Virus record (IMG/VR): IMGVR_UViG_3300033069_001378
Location: 160,001 to 224,000 of that record
DNA length: 64,000 nt
Reading direction: 5' to 3' (one strand)
Source: a virus
Lineage: Duplodnaviria > Caudoviricetes
The notes under the pieces were generated by a model. The model was not told where the DNA came from. It saw only the letters and a list, made by a program, of their open reading frames with translations, and ran no database searches. A program made the position numbers and the translations under genes. This document shows positions 59,096-64,000 of this stretch, piece after piece. Each line of letters starts with the position of its first letter. The stretch's first letter is position 1.

Positions 59096-59476
59096 TCAGG
59101 TAGCATCCATTATTGGTTCAGCAGTTTTTTCTTTGATTTTCTCTGGCTTCTTTTTCGAAGAAGTCTTCTTAGCAGCTTTTTTCTTATTTTGTACTTCTTT
59201 AACAGCCTTTTTGGCTGGCTCCTTTACTTCCTCTTTTTTTGTAGAATTAGCAACGACAACAACAGCGGGAGTTTCTTCCACTGTTGTATTGGCTTCATGT
59301 TCCTTGAGTTCGACAAGAGCATTTCTCAAAATCACAGGATTCTTCTTTTCAATCTCATCGGATGATCGGAAAGCAGGTGCCATGAATCCCTGCTCAGAAA
59401 GCTCCTTCTCTGTGTACGGAGTCTTTCTGTCCAGATTCTTCTCTTCAATGAAATGCATGATCTTCTTGAACGTCAT
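59096..59476 (-). CDS. Hypothetical protein with Lys-rich C-terminus
   Basis: GAGG Shine-Dalgarno; PAKKAVKEVQNKKKAAKKTSSKKK tail. Confidence 0.7.
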   Translation of the reverse strand: MTFKKIMHFIEEKNLDRKTPYTEKELSEQGFMAPAFRSSDEIEKKNPVILRNALVELKEHEANTTVEETPAVVVVANSTKKEEVKEPAKKAVKEVQNKKKAAKKTSSKKKPEKIKEKTAEPIMDAT

Positions 59477-59540
59477 ATGTTTTACCTCTATAAAATGGGT
59501 GTATTCTTAGATAGTATAAACAATATGATTCGAATGAATA

Positions 59541-59726
59541 TCACTTATTCTTTTTGGATGCATTTTTGTGAGGCTTTGGCTTTTCTGGATCAAATACCTC
59601 TGGCTTCATCCCAACAGGCGAAGCAGAAGTTCCTGCAACATTACCCATCGATAAAGCATTCTGTTCCACAATGCTCTCAATCGCTTCTTCAATAAGTCTT
59701 TTGAGGAGTTCTTTTCCGTCATTCAT
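59541..59726 (-). CDS. Small hypothetical protein (possible head-internal peptide)
   Basis: ATGA-coupled start at 59726; MNDGKELLKRLIEEAIESIVEQ...; basic tail. Confidence 0.55.
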   Translation of the reverse strand: MNDGKELLKRLIEEAIESIVEQNALSMGNVAGTSASPVGMKPEVFDPEKPKPHKNASKKNK

Positions 59727-60337
59727 TGAATGTAGTCCTTTGCAATATCCCAGGCAAACTTTCCAAAACCACTTACGACAGCCAAGATGAGTGCCCACCA
59801 TAGTTTATTGAAATTCTTGTGCGCTTCTACAGCACTCTTGATACTTGTTAGCTGCTTGTCTCCACCAATAAACAACAATGCATCATGGTCGCCAAGCAAC
59901 GGCTTGATTTCGTTCTTAAGCTTCGTCTCTGTATCGGCAATATCGCGCTTCAAAGAAGTCTTTGAATCATCAAGGTGTCTCTCAAGAGCATCAAGTCTGC
60001 CAGTGATATTGACAAAGCCACTATCGTTCTCTTTGATTGACGCATAGATGCCCTTCTCGGGATCATAGATTGCATCATGAATCTTGTTTAGAGTACCTTC
60101 TCTTGAATCTGCGCTCTTCTTGATATTCTCAAGGTCAGCTCCGTGCTTTGCAAAGTTTACCTTAACATCATTGATGTCATTTTTTAGTGAATTGATTTCA
60201 GATGAAAGTCTTTCAACGTTTGTGTCTGCTTTATCAACCTTATTGAGAATCTTCTCAAGCATCACCTCTGTCTTGAATTCAGACATAGCTGGTCCCGGAG
60301 GATAACCACTCTTTCTTGTTGGATCATTTTCAGACAT
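59723..60337 (-). CDS. Coiled-coil protein with C-terminal membrane anchor
   Basis: Heptad-rich body followed by LWWALILAVVSGFGKFAW. Confidence 0.7.
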   Translation of the reverse strand: MSENDPTRKSGYPPGPAMSEFKTEVMLEKILNKVDKADTNVERLSSEINSLKNDINDVKVNFAKHGADLENIKKSADSREGTLNKIHDAIYDPEKGIYASIKENDSGFVNITGRLDALERHLDDSKTSLKRDIADTETKLKNEIKPLLGDHDALLFIGGDKQLTSIKSAVEAHKNFNKLWWALILAVVSGFGKFAWDIAKDYIQ

Positions 60338-60390
60338 TGAACTACCTACTTCCTAGCCTATTTTGATATTGCGACGTATCGGTATTAAAT

Positions 60391-61848
60391 ATGCAAAAAC
60401 ACTCTTCTTTTATTCCCAAGTTAGAACTTCATCAAACATTTTCAGAACTCATTGAAAACATGAGGGAAAAGCACTCGAAGCTTGGAGACATTTGTTATAT
60501 ATATGACAAAGAAGGACTAAAACTAGCCGAAACAGATACATATCAGTTCTTTATTAGCAATCTTTTGCCTAAAACTCCTGTGGAAAAGGTATTCTATGAG
60601 ATGCTTGTTCGAACAATGTATCAGATGGAAGTGAAGAGCGGCGGCTCTGCATACTTTGTGTTCTCATACGCTCTAAACCTTATGGAGCAACTTCTCAAAA
60701 ATGAAGAGTTGGTCAAGACCCAAGAGAGTGTCTTGCATGAAGACCTAGAGACGTTCTTTGCATCAACACTCAAACCAATATTTGAATCAAGCTTCGCAGC
60801 AATCAATGACACATCTTTGAAACAGTATGTGGATTCCTATACGGTGAACAATCGAGATCTTGGATGTGCTGTTCACGAATCCCTTATTTTATCGGGACTT
60901 GAGGGAAAGATTTTCGTAGAGAGTGGAAAACAATCAAACTACATAGTTGAACTAAAAAACGGTTATGTGTTCAAAAGCGTGGAACCTTTCAAGTTTCTTC
61001 TGGACAACGAAACCTCTTGGGTAAGAAACAATGTTAGAATGATGGTCATTGACGGAATCGTTGAAGAAGTTGCTGAACTGGACCAACTGCTTAACAAAGC
61101 TAGCGAAATCAAACAGCCTTTACTGATCGTTGCTATGGGCTTTGGAGAAGAGATTGCTGCTACATGTAAGGCAAACAATGACAAGGGAAAGTTTGATGTT
61201 CAACTTGCCAAGTTCACAAACGACGTTTGGAGTTTGAACGTTGCCAATGACATTGCCATTGTCTGTGGAACTACTCCAATATCTTCAATGCAAGGGCACG
61301 TAGTAGCTTTTGTAAACTGGGATGAGCTTCCTGTGGTAGACAAGGTGCATGTTGGACTCAAAGAGATTTCAATTGAAAATAGAAATACTCAAACCAACGT
61401 TCTCATGCACATGAAAACCATAATAGAGAGAAAAAATAATGCCAACACTCTTGTTGAAGATATTCAAAACATCTATGACGCAAGATTGAAGTCGCTTGCA
61501 TCTAACTCTGTGTATCTTTACCTTCCACTTGTCTCCGAGATAGAGAACAAGTCACTTCGCATTACAATCGATAACATACTTCGAAATGTGAAAACCCTCT
61601 TAAACTATGGCACTTTGAACGAAGTGAGTTTTCTTGAGAAACTCAACGCAGTCCAAACAAGCACAGATCTAGACAAGATGATTAAGAAGACACTTGGACA
61701 GACAATAGCAAAACAGCAAAAAGTGCCACTTTTGACAGCAGCACTTGGAACTTATTTGGTAACGAAAATGTGTTTGATGCTTATCGGATCAAACGGTCTT
61801 ATTTGTTCACATTCCCAAGCAAGCCGTTATTCATCAAAACAGATGTAA
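60391..61848 (+). CDS. Highly divergent GroEL/Cpn60-like chaperonin
   Basis: GLEGKIFVE...ELKNGY, QPLLIVAMGFGEEIAATCKAN..KG, NDIAIVCG, ARLKSLA and IDNILRNVK..LNYG are colinear with GroEL intermediate/apical motifs; GDGTTT is absent. Confidence 0.75.
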   Translation: MQKHSSFIPKLELHQTFSELIENMREKHSKLGDICYIYDKEGLKLAETDTYQFFISNLLPKTPVEKVFYEMLVRTMYQMEVKSGGSAYFVFSYALNLMEQLLKNEELVKTQESVLHEDLETFFASTLKPIFESSFAAINDTSLKQYVDSYTVNNRDLGCAVHESLILSGLEGKIFVESGKQSNYIVELKNGYVFKSVEPFKFLLDNETSWVRNNVRMMVIDGIVEEVAELDQLLNKASEIKQPLLIVAMGFGEEIAATCKANNDKGKFDVQLAKFTNDVWSLNVANDIAIVCGTTPISSMQGHVVAFVNWDELPVVDKVHVGLKEISIENRNTQTNVLMHMKTIIERKNNANTLVEDIQNIYDARLKSLASNSVYLYLPLVSEIENKSLRITIDNILRNVKTLLNYGTLNEVSFLEKLNAVQTSTDLDKMIKKTLGQTIAKQQKVPLLTAALGTYLVTKMCLMLIGSNGLICSHSQASRYSSKQM

Positions 61849-63454
61849 GCTGTCCAGGGTCTTTTCCAAGAGCCTGAGCCAAGGAGCCTATTGCTGTTTG
61901 GATATTTGGACGTCCACCTGCGGTCTGAGGAGCCTGTACGCCACCTGGGAGCTGACCTGTAGCTGTTGCTGATGGGTCTGAAGGATTCTTGTTTCCTGTC
62001 ACTCCTGGCTTATCTGAAGGGTTCTGTTGACCTGTTGGTTGTGTCTTTGGCATAGGAGTTTGCTTCTGTTGAGTCAAGCCTGTTGTCAAAGCTTTGCTTA
62101 AGCCGTTGAAGAAATCTGATGCCTTGATTGCTTCGTATAGAACAGCTTCCTGAACTGGTTGCTGACCAGCTTGAGGCTGTTGTTGCTCTCCACTACCATC
62201 TTGAGGTGCTGTTACCATCTTTTCAACTTCTTCCATAATGTCTTCTACGATGTTTTGTGCAGATAGACCTGGGAATGGATTCGTCTTTCCAACATTTCCA
62301 AAGAAGTTAGAAATAGCCTTGAAGAATCCACCTGTTGTTGCCTTTTGCTCAGACTGCTGAGCTACAGCAAGCAATCTCTTCGCTATGAAGTTGAAGTCTT
62401 CTTGATCAAGTTCGTTGTCTGTGAACAACTTTTGAATTTCAGGAATTGCAGTTTTGATTCCTTGGAAAATTCCAATTGTGTGCTGAGCTTGTCCAAGTAA
62501 AGTTCCTAGAGACTTCTTGTCATTTGCATCAATAGCTCTACGCATCTGCTTTAACAAATTTCCCATCGCTGCTTCTGAAGCCTGAAGTCCCTTGCCTTTT
62601 AGTGATCTAAGAAGGTTTGCAATGATGGCACTTGACTGATTGACCATCTGTTGTGTCTTTTGATCAAGTTGCTCTTCTAAAAAACTTTGAGATTCGCTCA
62701 TCACCTGTTCCTCTGCTGGAGAAGGTGCTGTGATCGATGCCATTGGAGTTTCTGCAACTGGTGCTTGTGGTGCCATCTCTTGTTGTTGTTGCTGAACTGG
62801 CTCTGGCTCTCTCACTGGAACTACAACAGGAACCTTTGGGATTCCGTTAACAAGGTCCATCAAGTCCGAATATGACATATCTGTAAGCTCTTTGACGATC
62901 GCATCGTACGAGTTCTTGTTTATGATTTTTCCCCAAAGTCTTTGTTGGACCGTGGTTGGCTTAAGTGCTTGTCTGAAGCAGTTCACCATCATTTCGAAGT
63001 CAATTCCTTCAACTGCCTTAAGCGGAATCGAGGAATTGCCCTCTTCTCTAGCCCTTTTGAATAAAGGAGCGGATAATACGATTTTTAGTTTATTCCTGAA
63101 GAGATCTGACATATGATTGTAAACGCTGGTGAGATTCTGAAGAAGCTCGCCGGTTCTCTTCTTTGAGCGGTACTTTGCGTTTCCGCTTATGACTTGATTT
63201 AGCTCATTTTCTGCATTGTCAATGATGGAGGAAATGGTTGGCAATCTATCGCCATAGGTTCTTAGCTTGCTGTCGAACCTTTGGACCAAATCAATAAGGT
63301 GCTTTAGTACCTTTGGGTCAATGCCCTCGTTGAGAGGAATAACGTTTTCTTTGAGCCACTCCATTGCTCCGTCTTCGGTAATAAGTTCTTCTTTTTGCTT
63401 TGTCTTGTTTAATTCTTCGCGAAGTGATGATATACTCATATTCATACCTACCAT
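61799..63454 (-). CDS. Hypothetical helical, Gln/Pro-rich protein (possible head-internal protein)
   Basis: 551 aa; several L/I-x-E clusters (LREE, LITE, LKE, LNE, FLEE, LYE) between helical domains; TATTTA 10 nt upstream. Confidence 0.7.
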   Translation of the reverse strand: MVGMNMSISSLREELNKTKQKEELITEDGAMEWLKENVIPLNEGIDPKVLKHLIDLVQRFDSKLRTYGDRLPTISSIIDNAENELNQVISGNAKYRSKKRTGELLQNLTSVYNHMSDLFRNKLKIVLSAPLFKRAREEGNSSIPLKAVEGIDFEMMVNCFRQALKPTTVQQRLWGKIINKNSYDAIVKELTDMSYSDLMDLVNGIPKVPVVVPVREPEPVQQQQQEMAPQAPVAETPMASITAPSPAEEQVMSESQSFLEEQLDQKTQQMVNQSSAIIANLLRSLKGKGLQASEAAMGNLLKQMRRAIDANDKKSLGTLLGQAQHTIGIFQGIKTAIPEIQKLFTDNELDQEDFNFIAKRLLAVAQQSEQKATTGGFFKAISNFFGNVGKTNPFPGLSAQNIVEDIMEEVEKMVTAPQDGSGEQQQPQAGQQPVQEAVLYEAIKASDFFNGLSKALTTGLTQQKQTPMPKTQPTGQQNPSDKPGVTGNKNPSDPSATATGQLPGGVQAPQTAGGRPNIQTAIGSLAQALGKDPGQLTSVLMNNGLLGNVNK

Positions 63455-63469
63455 ATTTCAGGTATAAAT

Positions 63470-64000
63470 ATGACTGAACAACAAACAAAACCTAAACGAA
63501 CGCTAAGTTTGACAGAACTTATCTCTGCTGACAGGCAAGAGAATGAGCTTGCGTCAACAAAGACCGAGACAACATCGGCAGGAAAGAAGAATACTAAAGC
63601 ATCAATTGCCGAAGTTCACAAGGCAAAAAAGGAAAACAGGTTCTATTTACCTGTATTGAGGCTCAACGATAAGTCGGCATGGGAATCCAAGCTGCTCTCC
63701 GAGCGAAAGCATTTAACGGATAAGTTAGCAACAGAAGCTTGCCTATCGAATTGTAACGGACATACCGGACTTAAGAGTGGATGCTGTAAGTTAGATCCAA
63801 ATGACTTGGAGCACGTTCTTGGACCAATCGGTGAAGATTGGATTGAAAGGACGATCAAATGGTTCCACAAAAAGGGAATGGCAGCAGTAACTCGCCATGA
63901 CCTTGTTATCGATTTTGAAGAAGGAAAAATTCTCGGAGAAACCTTTTTCAATAGTCATCCTGTATTTATGAAAAAGGACACGTATCCGATTTTACGAATA
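63470..64000 (+). CDS. Cysteine-cluster protein (YkgJ/CxxCxxCC-like), partial at right edge
   Basis: Translated by hand from ATG 63470: MTEQQTKPKRTLSLTEL...EACLSNCNGHTGLKSGCCKLDP...DTYPILRI; open to the end of the window. Confidence 0.6.
   Translation, partial: MTEQQTKPKRTLSLTELISADRQENELASTKTETTSAGKKNTKASIAEVHKAKKENRFYLPVLRLNDKSAWESKLLSERKHLTDKLATEACLSNCNGHTGLKSGCCKLDPNDLEHVLGPIGEDWIERTIKWFHKKGMAAVTRHDLVIDFEEGKILGETFFNSHPVFMKKDTYPILRI

Noticed and set aside
60386-63472. Eukaryotic giant virus origin, suggested by TAAATATG starts and glycan genes
   Set aside because: Sigma factor, contractile baseplate genes, Shine-Dalgarno motifs and polycistronic overlaps indicate a bacteriophage.
192-63951. 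Many short ORFs in the track (mostly plus strand, 60-160 aa)
   Set aside because: They are antisense or out-of-frame shadows of long, motif-bearing genes and have no recognisable features.
1-64000. Stop-codon reassignment
   Set aside because: TAA, TAG and TGA all end genes at sensible, often coupled positions, and coding density is near complete under the standard code.
1-64000. tRNA, rRNA, introns or inteins
   Set aside because: Intergenic gaps are at most ~130 bp with no cloverleaf seen, and no intein or homing endonuclease motifs were noticed. Not confirmed by tRNAscan or Infernal.

Overview
This window is most plausibly part of a large (jumbo-type) contractile-tailed phage genome: gene-dense, standard code, nearly all genes on the minus strand with ATGA-type overlaps. 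In transcription order (right to left) it holds: putative head-associated proteins and a divergent GroEL-like gene; PIN-PhoH; an ~18 kb array of modular Ser/Thr/Gly-rich fibre-like proteins (39.6-57.7 kb); a Prim-Pol protein and a PD-(D/E)XK nuclease; a ~22 kb glycan island (14.6-37 kb; about 10 glycosyltransferase-like genes, 4 methyltransferases plus a degenerate one, gmd, fcl, 3 more SDR epimerases, a compact heptose pathway); a gp55-like sigma factor; and a baseplate module (spike-like, gp25-like, gp6/J-like, LamG protein). The best candidate for a new system is phage-encoded virion glycosylation. The sugar island sits between the fibre and baseplate genes, and those structural proteins, unlike the enzymes, are full of an [S/T]-[G/A/S]-S tripeptide that could be an acceptor sequon. 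Other highlights: a TATTTA candidate late promoter, a GroEL-like protein without GDGTTT, a tail-tube-like paralog inside the glycan island, and a standalone TOPRIM with a possible capsid-targeting leader. All family calls come from motif recognition by eye; no searches were run.
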